Shown here piece by piece: positions 34,875 to 44,969 of a DNA stretch of 56,737 nucleotides. The translations under genes were made by a program, and so were the position numbers. Every line of letters starts with the position of its first letter. Position 1 is the stretch's first letter. Below the pieces are notes generated by a model that had not been told where the DNA came from, made no database searches, and saw nothing but the letters and a program-made list of their open reading frames with translations. This DNA comes from Psammoneis japonica (taxonomy: Eukaryota): positions 615,598 through 672,334 of the forward strand of contig QPGO01000028.1 in NCBI GenBank assembly GCA_008632985.1, written 5' to 3'.

Positions 34875-35868
34875 TCTCTGTGGAAGAAGTCTCATGCCTG
34901 TCACAGGGAGGCATGCACATTGGGTGCAAAGAAGAAGGATGATTCATGACGGTTCTTGTGGCAGAGTGCAACAAACAGGCCATGGAAACTTTCAAGCACA
35001 ACAACCCAGGAGCTCCTGTGTTTTGCAGAGACATCCATGACTTTCTGAAGCAGATTGAGGAGGACAAAGGAGCACGTGTGGCCCTCGGATGCATTGATGT
35101 CATTCGCACTTCCAGTCAGTGTCAAGGCTTCTCATTGCTGAACCCAGGTGGAAAAGATGACAACAAGCAAAATGAGCTGTCCTTCTTTGCATTTCCCCTT
35201 TTGTTGAAGGCAATGGAAGCGTTGGCAGGTGTCTTTGAGAATGCAGTGGGCATGTGGAGCAAAGGCTCCAATTGCCTCAAGAAAATCCTTGTCGATTGCA
35301 TTGGTGTGGGATGTCAAGTGCACATCAAGGCAATCAAAGGTGCATCCCCTGCATTTGTCATCAACTGCCAATCCACAGAATTGAAGGCAACACGCATCTC
35401 ACCCCAACCTTTTTGATTTCTTTCTGCACACAAACAGCCAAAGACTCCTGCGGAGATCCTCAGGTTTGCCTTTGTCTCATTGTCATTGTGACCAAGAACT
35501 TTGTCCAAATGCCAGATCATCTGGCTCTCACTCACGGGAAAGCACATCACCTGAAGCAGTGAGCAACCTTTGGCGACATCTTGGAGCACCTCCGCACACC
35601 ACAGGGACAACAATTCCCCAACATGGAAATGGAGAGCCTGGGCAACAAACAAGTGATGGTGAAGTTGTTCAAGAACAACTTTGCTCCAGCAATGCCTGCA
35701 TTGTGCAAAGACATCCAGCACCATGAGGAACCCCATCTCATTTCTCCACGGGGGGCAGCAGCCCTCCAATCCTTTCCATTGAACTGTGAATTCAAGGGAT
35801 TGAGTTCAGCGCAATTTCGTCAAATTGGCAATGCCGCTCCAATTGAATTGTCACGCAACATTGCTTGA
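34875..35868 (+). pseudogene. Degenerate C5 cytosine DNA methyltransferase (DNMT4/RID-Masc1-like by motif style)
   Basis: Ordered motifs: GGMHIG (end of I), AMETFKHNNP, IDVIRTSSQCQGFS (IV, from SPPCQGFS), VFENAVG (VI), CGDPQ (VIII, from YGDPQ), ISPRGAAALQSFP (IX), FRQIGNAAP (X). Probable intron 35340-35437. Contains stops and frameshifts. Confidence 0.85.
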
Positions 35869-36849
35869 TCTGTCCGGGAAAGTCTGTGCTGTCAGTGTGT
35901 GCAGAAGAATTTGGTCAAAACAAAAGGGGGTGAACCAACATGGCAACATTGATGACAACGTCCGAGGAACCACCCACAAAGAAAATGACAGGGAAGACTC
36001 TGCAAAGGACTCTGATGCCTTGGAGGTCAATGACACATGCGCGCGGCTTTGAGATGATGCCTTTGCATGGTCAAAATGGTGCAAACAAGATTCCTTCATT
36101 GATGCTCTGACACCCAGCATCCAACTGTTCACAGTGCATTTTCAACAAAAAGAACAGATGAATTGGGGTTAAATGCCAAACCTGACAAGGTTGTGTTTTG
36201 GCATGAAAGTCAACCCTGCTGCATGCTGAAACTGAATGGATTGTTTCCACCTCCAACCTTGATGCACATGGGCCCCCGGATGATGAGTCCAAACCCACCC
36301 CAGTTGTCCAAACACAGCTCAGGTCTTGGCATTTTCCCGTGCCACAGATTTGACTGTTGGTGCATGAGCGCACATGCAGGATGGGTTTTTTGTTGACATT
36401 GTGGCCCAACTCACATCTCATGAATTTCTCAAATTGAAAATTTGGGCCTTGGTTTGCAAACAGTGCCACAGCATGTGCCCGACGATGCTCCACATCTTGG
36501 ACCTCACCAACCCCAAATTGCTTTTGGTGGTCTCCATGATTTGGCCCAAATCCAAGGAAAACATCACATTGAGTCCAATGAAAAGAACACCACTTCTCTC
36601 AAAGGCCCAGTTTTCTCCAAGCCAGTTTGACAAAAAATTGGACACAATGAAGCTTGGCTGTTCACATTTGTCCTTGTCCCAGTGTGAGTCAAAGCAGCAA
36701 AAAGCTTGCTGCCGCTGTTCATGCAATCTTTGCAAATCAACACAACGGATCCAATCATCTGATCCTGGTGCAACAAAGACCCGGTGGGGACTGTCCTGCT
36801 TTAGCATCTCAGCAAGTGCTTGATTCTGAAGTGGGTTGCATTGACTGCC

Positions 36850-37560
36850 CTGACTTCCCATGTGTGCCATGAACGAAACAGATTCTGGAGTGCTGGCAAG
36901 GTTGTTTGCCAGTTGCTCCAGGCCAGTTGCATTGCAGGGAACATTCCAAACAACTTGAAACACAATTTCACCATCTTCCTCCTTCACAGCAAAGAAATCA
37001 TCATTGGCTGGCTCTGTTTCCCAGTGGACGTGTCGAACATCAAGAAAGGGGCACTTTGTGTCATGTCAATGCTTCAACTGTTGGGTCTGGATGCTGGCAA
37101 TCCTCCAAAAGGTTGGTTGACTTGTCTCATTGATGCATTGTCAAGTCCCAGCAGACAAAAAAATTCTTGATCATTGATGAACATGTGGGCAGAACAGGAG
37201 ACCCAGCAGATGAAGCTTTCATGACAACCCTCAAGTCACATTTGTGGAACACCAGTGTCTTTGCCATGGCCCTTGCTCCCAATGAAGAACATGTTGACTG
37301 GTTGTTGTCTCTCAACCAGTTGCAGGGAATCGTCCCATTGAATGGAACTCATTTGGAGAGGAGGTGTCCAAAATGGGAAATGGAAAGACATGCACTGGCC
37401 TGTCGTGACATTTAAAACAGCAGCCAGGCAGGATCCTTTTCTCATTTCTCACAGTGGCAAAGTCAATGATGCAATGGACAACTTCATTCAGGGGTTGACA
37501 GAGGAAGAACACAGACAATTGTCTGTCCTGGACATTCTGAAAATGCTTCTAGAACACTTG
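36850..37560 (+). pseudogene. Degenerate fragment of a possible P-loop NTPase gene
   Basis: SAGK followed by ...KGWLTCLIDAL... and LIIDEH (Walker B-like, from LIIDEY). Frames are broken. Confidence 0.3.
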
Positions 37561-38707
37561 CTCCCACCTGGCAAGACTTTAAAGCAGTCTTCGCTGCACC
37601 TTCATGTGCCTGCTTTTGCTGAAAACAAGGATTCTACCTTTTGCAGTGCTTGCTGCATCTCCTGCCAGTGGTTGGTGCATTGAACTGAGGGGGGCCAGCC
37701 AGAAACTGTTGAAATTCTAAGAACAGGATCTCGAAACAAGAACCGCAAAAATCCCCCGTTGATGCTCTTTTTGCTTGAGCCCGAATGGGAAGTTGCATGG
37801 TGGTCTGTGACTCAAGCATGTTGAAACAATGGAGTGCAATTTGATTGATTTCGTAGAGTGACTGCGGTGGTGATCTGACAAGCGCATGGCTGGTCTTTAA
37901 AGCATCCAACTGGCTCAACCAGAGCCAGTCTCTAGCAGCAAAGTGACATTCGCAAAGAGCTGCATGCCACGATTTTGGTTGCCAGTTTCTCGAGCCATGA
38001 GCCTTGCAAATCTTTTCATGGATGCAGTCGCCAGCAGCGGACATGGTCACGTTGGCGGGACAATTCGAAACTTGATGCAATCCAAAATGAAACCCAAAGT
38101 TGCATGGTGTGGAGCCTGGTTTCTGGGAAATCCAGTTCAGATCCACGGTTCGTGGAACCCAAAGAACCAGATTTGTCCTCTGCCAAAGCGACACTCCGCA
38201 AATTGGATCTTGCACAGCGATTTTGGAACACATGGGCTGGTCGCATCATGCCGACAACATAAAGAAGAAGAATTGCATCACAGGACGAGCTGCAAGAAAA
38301 GTCCACCAACGACGAATCAATGAACAGCATCAACCTCATGCGCTTCGGCTGTGACTTTTTCCTTCGAATGAAAAGGCGGGCACAGTGCGCTCTCGACGTG
38401 GCGCATTCTGGGCGGGGCTTCCAATGCCTCGCTCTTCGGTGCAATTGTTCCACATCCAACACCCGGCACATTGAGAATTGCCTTGACGACATTGTGTGGA
38501 GCATGAAGAAGGTGGAGTGACCAAGGCAAAGAAAAAAAGTGGCTTGTGCGAATGGGCTTTGTCACCTGCTTCACCACCGCTGCATTCAACCAAAGAACAC
38601 AAAAGTCATTCTTCCGTCCATTGTTGAAAAGTGAAGTGTGCAACCAAAAAACAAGATGGGTCGTCATGCAATCGATGAGATGGAATTAGAATCAAACGAA
38701 GAAGGAG

Positions 38708-39707
38708 CTACACATGATGACACTGAAATGCAAATTGGAGCAACAGCTCGCTGGAAGGAGCCGTGGCGCCAGAGCTCTTCACCGTGTTTTGGTTTTTGTT
38801 GTGCCTGGCACAAATGCAGCAACCAATCATGGCACCGAGAACCACAAGGGCAATGATCAAACCCCAAATGACGCTTGTGGAGCCCGGTCCACTCCTGCCC
38901 GATGAGCTCACCTGGACATCTTCGAGATCTTTGAGAGTTCCTCAATGTGGTTGCGTCCGTTGGTGTGTGCGCCATCAATGTCCATGTTTTGTTCACACTT
39001 GATGGCCTCCGTGCATGGCTCCTCACATTGTTCAAGGACATCGTCCTCTTGATCGCCGCACCTTGATCGTGTTCGATTGCATGCTCCCTGCACCTGGCGC
39101 AGTTTTCTTCTTCTTCGACAATGGGTTGGGAGGAGTGTTGCAGCTCGCATCCATTCATGTTATAGAAGGCCCCTTCTTCTGCATGCAGCATGCAGCACTC
39201 ATCGGTGAAGAATCCGAGATAGATGCTCTTTGAGTCTTCGGAGCAGTGCGGTCCAACGTGGCATCCGTCCTCCCACTCGTTGCACTCAAGGTGTTCTTGA
39301 AGGTTGAAATCATCTTGTTGGTTGCAGCGCACACTCTGACATTGCTGACATTGATCGTTGTCACCGTCCTCACAACCTTCACGACAGCATTCGCAAATGC
39401 ATTCGTGTGCCCCCATTTGTGCTTCGGTGAAGAGATCGAGAAATGCATTCATGTCCACCAGACACTCGCCTCCTCCTTCGCAGCCCTCATCGCAACTGTC
39501 ATCTTCCGGACAAAGAAGAAACGAAGCCATGTTGTCGGTGCGAAAACAATTCTCGCACTTTAACGTGCATCCAGACATCCACGAAAAGTCGTCTTCATCT
39601 TCCAGGTGACGAGGCGTCATCATGCTTCCACCTCCTCGGGGGTGGAAGGTGAGTGCCGCCATGGCGGAGGAAACAATGGAAAGGAGGGACAGAGCAGACA
39701 GCTTCAT
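38708..39707 (-). pseudogene. Hypermutated silicanin-1-like (silica deposition vesicle membrane protein family) gene
   Basis: Signal peptide MKLSALSLL, RxL-type motif RHLE, GGGECLVDM..F, EHLEC...CHVGPHCSEDSKSIYLGFFTDECC, CxxCxE and a C-terminal TM helix. Two frameshifts (~39060, ~38910). Family assignment is from motif recall, not a search. Confidence 0.7.
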
Positions 39708-40384
39708 GATGCCGAAAATGCTGGGTTGCATCCTCGCTTTCACAAAAGGCTCGCAATAAAATGAATGGACTTTTGGCGGCAAGAGAGTCAACAGAGAAAA
39801 CGTAAAACGGCTTTTCGATGCAAAAGTAAAGTGAGTGTCGAAGTCTCACCATTCCACGTGGGAGTATCATTGTTATTGTTCAGTCCCGGATCGCCGAAAG
39901 CGTGTCGACGTCGCTAAATGTTTGCTCGTGAATCGCCATTAAAGACAGAAAAAATGCTCTGTTGATAGTGTATGATATAAATATTCATTATTCTCGGACA
40001 TAATATATTAATATTGTGACTGAATATGTGTAAAATCTTTTTGTCATAATGTCCTTAACGTCTCCGAACGATACAGAATCAGAACGCAAATGCGAATTTT
40101 TTTGATTTTTCAATATATCCTTAGATTCGTATATTTTACAATGAGAACAGCATCCAATGCATTGAATACGATGTATATATGGATGTAATTGTAAAAGTAT
40201 TAAAGAACGCTTACAACATTAGCGTTTCCCGCAATTTTTCGAAAACAGCAGCAGGCAGTCTGCGTCCCTTGACACGAGAAAAATAGCCACTGTCACTTAC
40301 AGCGGCATTAGGCATAACAGCAAGCGACTTTGTTATCCTTTAGTGTGTTACTTAGACAGGTTTGCATGTGTTACACATTGTTTG

Positions 40385-42598
40385 ATGGACATGGAAGAAA
40401 TGAGTGAGACAATCATGGGCTGGAACATTGACGAAGATGTTGAAGTTGTAAACGAACAACTGACAAGCGAAAACAATAATAATGTGGCGTCGGTCCAACC
40501 ACAAGAAACAAAAGAGTCCAGTGCTCAGGGTGAGATGCTTTGTGATTTTGACAAAAACACCACAACCTTGTACAGACTTTTGGAACAAGAAGAATGGGAC
40601 AAGGCATCCGAACGGGCCACGTCACACCCACACGAAGTGAAAACGTGGATTGTCCGATACAATGAAAAGCAGAACAACAACATTATTATTTGGAAGATTC
40701 TTCCGCTTCACGCGGCTATTCTCTTTTCCAGTCCACAGTTTGTCATCAAGGCTCTTTTGCAGACACACCCCGAGGCGGCTTGGTTGGGTGACGATCGTGG
40801 AATGATACCGTTGCATTTGGCATTTCGTCAACAAAAGAAACAAAAGAGCGAGGTCTTGTTGGAACTCTTGTTGGGTCATTATCCAGAGGGCATTCACGTC
40901 AAGGATAAGCGTGGTAAAGTTCCTCTTTATTATTGTAGAGACCAAGACGTGTTTTCGAGCAAGCTCGTGCGGCACTATGCCGACGCTACGATGGCTGCAT
41001 CCAAGAAGAGGGACGCCGAGTACGAGAAGAAAATAATAAAGAGTGTCGAAATGTCATATAAAGAACGCATCGAAGTCATGGTCAAGGAACACGAATTGAT
41101 TGTGGAAAAACTCCGACAGGAAAATGAGTCGACAAATCGTCAGTTGGAAGAAGCGAAACGATACACTCCAGCATATCCCAAAGACAAAGTTGCGTTTGAA
41201 AACACGGAGCAACTCCGTTCTGAACTCAAACACGTCACTGCCGATCGTGACTCGGTGTTGGTGCTGTTGGGAAAGTCCAAACGACAAAATGAACAACTCG
41301 AGCAGCAACTATTGGAGATATCCCAGAGTCAAACGCGGTTGCACACGTTATTGACGGAGCAGCAGCAAGAACTAGCACAGTCGCAATTGATCCAGAAACA
41401 ATGGCTACAAGCACTGCTGGAGCAACACGAAAATGACAATGTTTGTGCCTCGAAAAAGAGCCAAGAAATGGTGGATCTTGCCGACAGTATGAATGTCATG
41501 ATTGAGCAGGCAATGGCCGGACCGACTCCTCCCGTTGTATCGCCTTTGCCATCTCCTGCCAGGAATAGGGGCAAAACCATTGTTGACACGCCGGGCAATA
41601 CTATGCAGCAAAGAGACGGGCAGAGTCGTACCGACAAGCCTGACATTGACGATAAATCCAAGCCTGAGAGCAACATTTCTGATGGGTCAAGAAATGAAGA
41701 GGAAGGTGAACTTGGGGTCCGAAACAATGACAACAATGGTGGCGATACGTTCGGAAGTGGGGACGAGTGCACAAAGACCAGTGACGAGCCATCAGTAGTG
41801 GACGAGCTTAACATGAAGAGTGAGAATAGTGTCAAGTCAAATGCAGATAAAATCAAAAACGACTCCGAACGCGACAATCATGTCGAAGATTTGCCGCGGC
41901 CAACAGAGACGACTGACGGGGCTATTGATCCCGACGATTCCATGCTTTCCAACCTTACCCAGTACGACCAAGACAACTGTTTTCTAAAATGTCTATATGA
42001 ATTGAACGCTACAGAGGAGACGACCAGGGATGAAAGTAGTTTTGATTCGGATTCGTGTGGAGAAAAAAGCCGCCAAGAAGATCACAACGACGGTGCATCT
42101 CTAACTCCGCCACCCAGCAGAACAGCAACCGAACTATCTCGAACCAACGATTCCATTGACAGCAATGAACATACACATGGTGACGAGCCAGAAAGCGGAC
42201 ACGAGTCCTTTAATTTCAAAAGCACGAATTTGAGCAAACCGTACGCGACGGATCGAGAAGAGCATCTGGTGGACGAAATCATTCCGTCCCTCGTGCACCC
42301 TCTTTCTTTATCGGTAGAGCAAGGGTGTGGAACTTCTGGAACCGTACCGGTTCGCATCGACAAGTTGAATGGTTCGGTTGAGTGCAATCTCCTTGACGAA
42401 TCAGCAATCGAGGGTAGCGACTGGGACATGACGAATTCAAAACAGGACTTGGCGTCTATGCAACCTCCAAAAAATGATACGATACCTGATGAGGAATCGA
42501 TGCAAAGCAGCGAATATGCAAGTGGAGACGATGAGTGTGTTTTGGTCGAAGAGACCGAGACTGAGGAGATTGAGGTCAATGTAGTACAACAACCATAG
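40385..42598 (+). CDS. Ankyrin-like repeat, coiled-coil and acidic disordered-tail protein
   Basis: TTLY...EWD, LPLHAA, DDRGMIPLHLA and KDKRGKVPL repeats, then Q/E/K heptads. Long uninterrupted ORF. Confidence 0.85.
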   Translation: MDMEEMSETIMGWNIDEDVEVVNEQLTSENNNNVASVQPQETKESSAQGEMLCDFDKNTTTLYRLLEQEEWDKASERATSHPHEVKTWIVRYNEKQNNNIIIWKILPLHAAILFSSPQFVIKALLQTHPEAAWLGDDRGMIPLHLAFRQQKKQKSEVLLELLLGHYPEGIHVKDKRGKVPLYYCRDQDVFSSKLVRHYADATMAASKKRDAEYEKKIIKSVEMSYKERIEVMVKEHELIVEKLRQENESTNRQLEEAKRYTPAYPKDKVAFENTEQLRSELKHVTADRDSVLVLLGKSKRQNEQLEQQLLEISQSQTRLHTLLTEQQQELAQSQLIQKQWLQALLEQHENDNVCASKKSQEMVDLADSMNVMIEQAMAGPTPPVVSPLPSPARNRGKTIVDTPGNTMQQRDGQSRTDKPDIDDKSKPESNISDGSRNEEEGELGVRNNDNNGGDTFGSGDECTKTSDEPSVVDELNMKSENSVKSNADKIKNDSERDNHVEDLPRPTETTDGAIDPDDSMLSNLTQYDQDNCFLKCLYELNATEETTRDESSFDSDSCGEKSRQEDHNDGASLTPPPSRTATELSRTNDSIDSNEHTHGDEPESGHESFNFKSTNLSKPYATDREEHLVDEIIPSLVHPLSLSVEQGCGTSGTVPVRIDKLNGSVECNLLDESAIEGSDWDMTNSKQDLASMQPPKNDTIPDEESMQSSEYASGDDECVLVEETETEEIEVNVVQQP

Positions 42599-42739
42599 GA
42601 AAATAGCATCCACCAAAAGCATCACGATACTGAATGAACCGTTGGTAGGTTGAATTCTGTTTCTATTTTTTAACCTAGCTATGGCTTGTTCTCTCACTCG
42701 GCCTGCTGATTTCAACGGGCTTGTTTCTTAGATGTGAAC

Positions 42740-43513
42740 TCAGAAAACTGTCGGGAAAATGTCGCGATGATTATGCTCTCGCTCTCGTTCATCGGGCGGC
42801 GATTGGGACTCTTCGTCTTCTTCCGTATCCGTCGACGAGTCCTCCTCTGACTTCTTCGCCTTGCCCGGTTTGCGCTGGCATGCGTTGCAATAGATAACGC
42901 AAAGGCCTACCCAGAGAAAGATGATGGTTCCAAAAGTAATGGCAAAGTCTGGCTGTCGAAGGTAATCAACCAGGGCGTCTCGCACACTCTTCTTGGACGG
43001 AATATGCCTCAGAACCGGAACCTCGACACGAAAGTAGCTACCGTCCTCGGGCACCAAGAGCTCTCGGTCGTTTCCCAATGGCGCAAAATAAACAGTGCCA
43101 TCAACCACAACGTTGGAATCGTCACTTTCCGTGTCTGGAAAAACCAGAGTGTGAACCACCACGGTTCCATCGTGCGTCTCGGATGTTGTAAAATCATTCG
43201 CTTCGCCATTCGAAATGAGCTGGGCGGTTTGATCGTCTTGTGTCATTGTCATTTCAGAGACACGAACTAGCTCGACCTCCTCGGAGGCAGTCCAAAAGCA
43301 AACGGAAAGGATCGAGCCCGGTTCCATACCGTATTGTGAACACTCTATGGTGTCACTGTCGCATTGACACGCTTGGACATTGTACTCGATTCTCGTGGAA
43401 CGAGAGGGCCCTCCATGTTCGCTCAACCAAGGCTTGACACTCTCGTCGTCATGTTTTGCTCCGTCGTTAGCAGTTCCCAATGGAATTCCAAAGTCACAAA
43501 AGAGCTGTCTCAA
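42740..43513 (-). CDS. Single-pass membrane protein of unknown function (last exon; small upstream exons likely to ~43722)
   Basis: Cys-containing ectodomain (YNVQACQC, ILSVCF), TM helix FAITFGTIIFLWVGLCVIYC and a charged tail. Confidence 0.7.
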   Translation of the reverse strand: MRQLFCDFGIPLGTANDGAKHDDESVKPWLSEHGGPSRSTRIEYNVQACQCDSDTIECSQYGMEPGSILSVCFWTASEEVELVRVSEMTMTQDDQTAQLISNGEANDFTTSETHDGTVVVHTLVFPDTESDDSNVVVDGTVYFAPLGNDRELLVPEDGSYFRVEVPVLRHIPSKKSVRDALVDYLRQPDFAITFGTIIFLWVGLCVIYCNACQRKPGKAKKSEEDSSTDTEEDEESQSPPDEREREHNHRDIFPTVF

Positions 43514-44013
43514 ATACCCATGGCTAATGCGGTTGAGTGTCTACAAATGTATAAGAAAGGGTTTTATGGGAAGTTAGACAGAGTAGCAGAGAGAGGCATG
43601 TACTTGACAGAGGTTGTTGATCCACTTACCAGTCTCCTCAAGGGGAGAGCCCCGAATCCGTCAGTAGCAGTAGGGTTGAGAATGGCAACGCAGCTCAGTG
43701 GAAGAAGCATAGAGCGATACATTGTAATGTTGTTATTGTAGAATGAAGTGTGCTTGTTGTGTCAAGTAGTAGTAGTTGGGATGTTGTGAGACTAAAGCAC
43801 TCCTCACTTCGATTTTTCGAATTGGCAGTGGTATGTTCTCACGTGGATTTCTACGCAAACAAAAATCACGTTGGTCCTTGCCGCCGACGCTGATTTTCGC
43901 TCGGGGACCATTTTCCAAAAGTTTCAGAAAAGTTTCTCGTGCCGCTGATGAGGTGATGACATGTATGAGAAACAACTGTCAGTGTCAACGCTGTTGCTTT
44001 ATAAAACAAAGAA

Positions 44014-44955
44014 ATGAACTACATAATCTGTTTCCTGCTTGTAGTGACACCCCCGCTTTGTTTTGGGCTTTCAACGTCCGCACCACGACATAATGTGGAA
44101 ACGACGTCTCGGCCGCTGAAAACATTGACACTTTCGAGACGAAATCTTTTTGCTCTCTCCACTCTTATGGTGCCATTGTCTGCTATTGCTAATGAAGATC
44201 CAAGAGCAATCGTGACACTTCATCTCGAATCTCCTCAGCAGAGGGCAGGCTTGGAACTTTTCGAGACAACTATTGGAACTCCACCACGAACCGTGGTTGC
44301 AATCAAGACTGTATTGCCGAATGGTTTAGCGAGCAGAAACGCAATGGTTCAACCTGGTATGCTAATCAAGGATTATCCCGATGCAAAGACAGTTCTAGAG
44401 AGGATTAAAAACGGGCCCTATCCGATTGACTTGCAAATATACAACCTTGCTGCTGGTGGAGATGCCTTTGGAGATATGGGAAAGCCGCTTGTAACTGCCC
44501 AAGATGCTTTAAAGCTGGCGAGAAATACCAAGGGCGAAGACAGTGCACTAGATCAGGAATATGTCACTCGAGTGACAAAACAGGCACCTGCTTCCTGTGG
44601 AATAAAATCTCGTCGTGGAGACGTTTTGGAAATCAATTACGAGGCTCGTTATGGCAGCCCGGATGGACCAATGTATGATTCATCCGCACAACGGGGGACT
44701 GGACAACCTTACCAGTTTGTTTTGGGCAGCGGTGACATGATTCCAGGTGTCGATCGAGGTCTATACGACATGTGTCCTGGTGAAGCTCGTGACTTGGAAA
44801 TACCGCCTATACTTGGCTATGGCGACCGGGGGAATAAGCTATTTCAAATACCGGGTGGACAACGCTTGTTCTGGTCCGTGCAACTCGTGAGGGTAAACTC
44901 GGTCGGGGAGGGCGATGAGCGAACTCGAGACGAGCTGGAAGGTCGAGTCTTGTAG
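44014..44955 (+). CDS. FKBP-type peptidyl-prolyl isomerase, probably plastid/thylakoid-targeted
   Basis: FKBP motifs GDVLEINYEA, YDSS, FVLGSGDMIPGVDRGLYDMCPGE and IPPILGYG. Signal peptide, Ser/Thr-rich transit region and LSRR...AIA lumen-type signal. Confidence 0.92.
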   Translation: MNYIICFLLVVTPPLCFGLSTSAPRHNVETTSRPLKTLTLSRRNLFALSTLMVPLSAIANEDPRAIVTLHLESPQQRAGLELFETTIGTPPRTVVAIKTVLPNGLASRNAMVQPGMLIKDYPDAKTVLERIKNGPYPIDLQIYNLAAGGDAFGDMGKPLVTAQDALKLARNTKGEDSALDQEYVTRVTKQAPASCGIKSRRGDVLEINYEARYGSPDGPMYDSSAQRGTGQPYQFVLGSGDMIPGVDRGLYDMCPGEARDLEIPPILGYGDRGNKLFQIPGGQRLFWSVQLVRVNSVGEGDERTRDELEGRVL

Positions 44956-44969
44956 AACCTCGATTAGCA

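Larger units (their letters stand above)
21130..39720. other. TpA-depleted (and largely CpG-depleted) hypermutated domain 2; boundaries approximate
   Basis: Kilobases with only scattered TA. ORFs are Cys/His-rich and almost Tyr-free. Confidence 0.85.

Noticed and set aside
36418..36987. Ulp1-like protease on the minus strand (FCCFDS)
   Set aside because: One weak motif only, and the + strand has a competing NTPase-like reading.
39901..40276. AT-rich stretch with weak inverted ends (cgtgtc...gacacg) as a third MITE
   Set aside because: Only 6 bp match perfectly and there is no convincing TSD.
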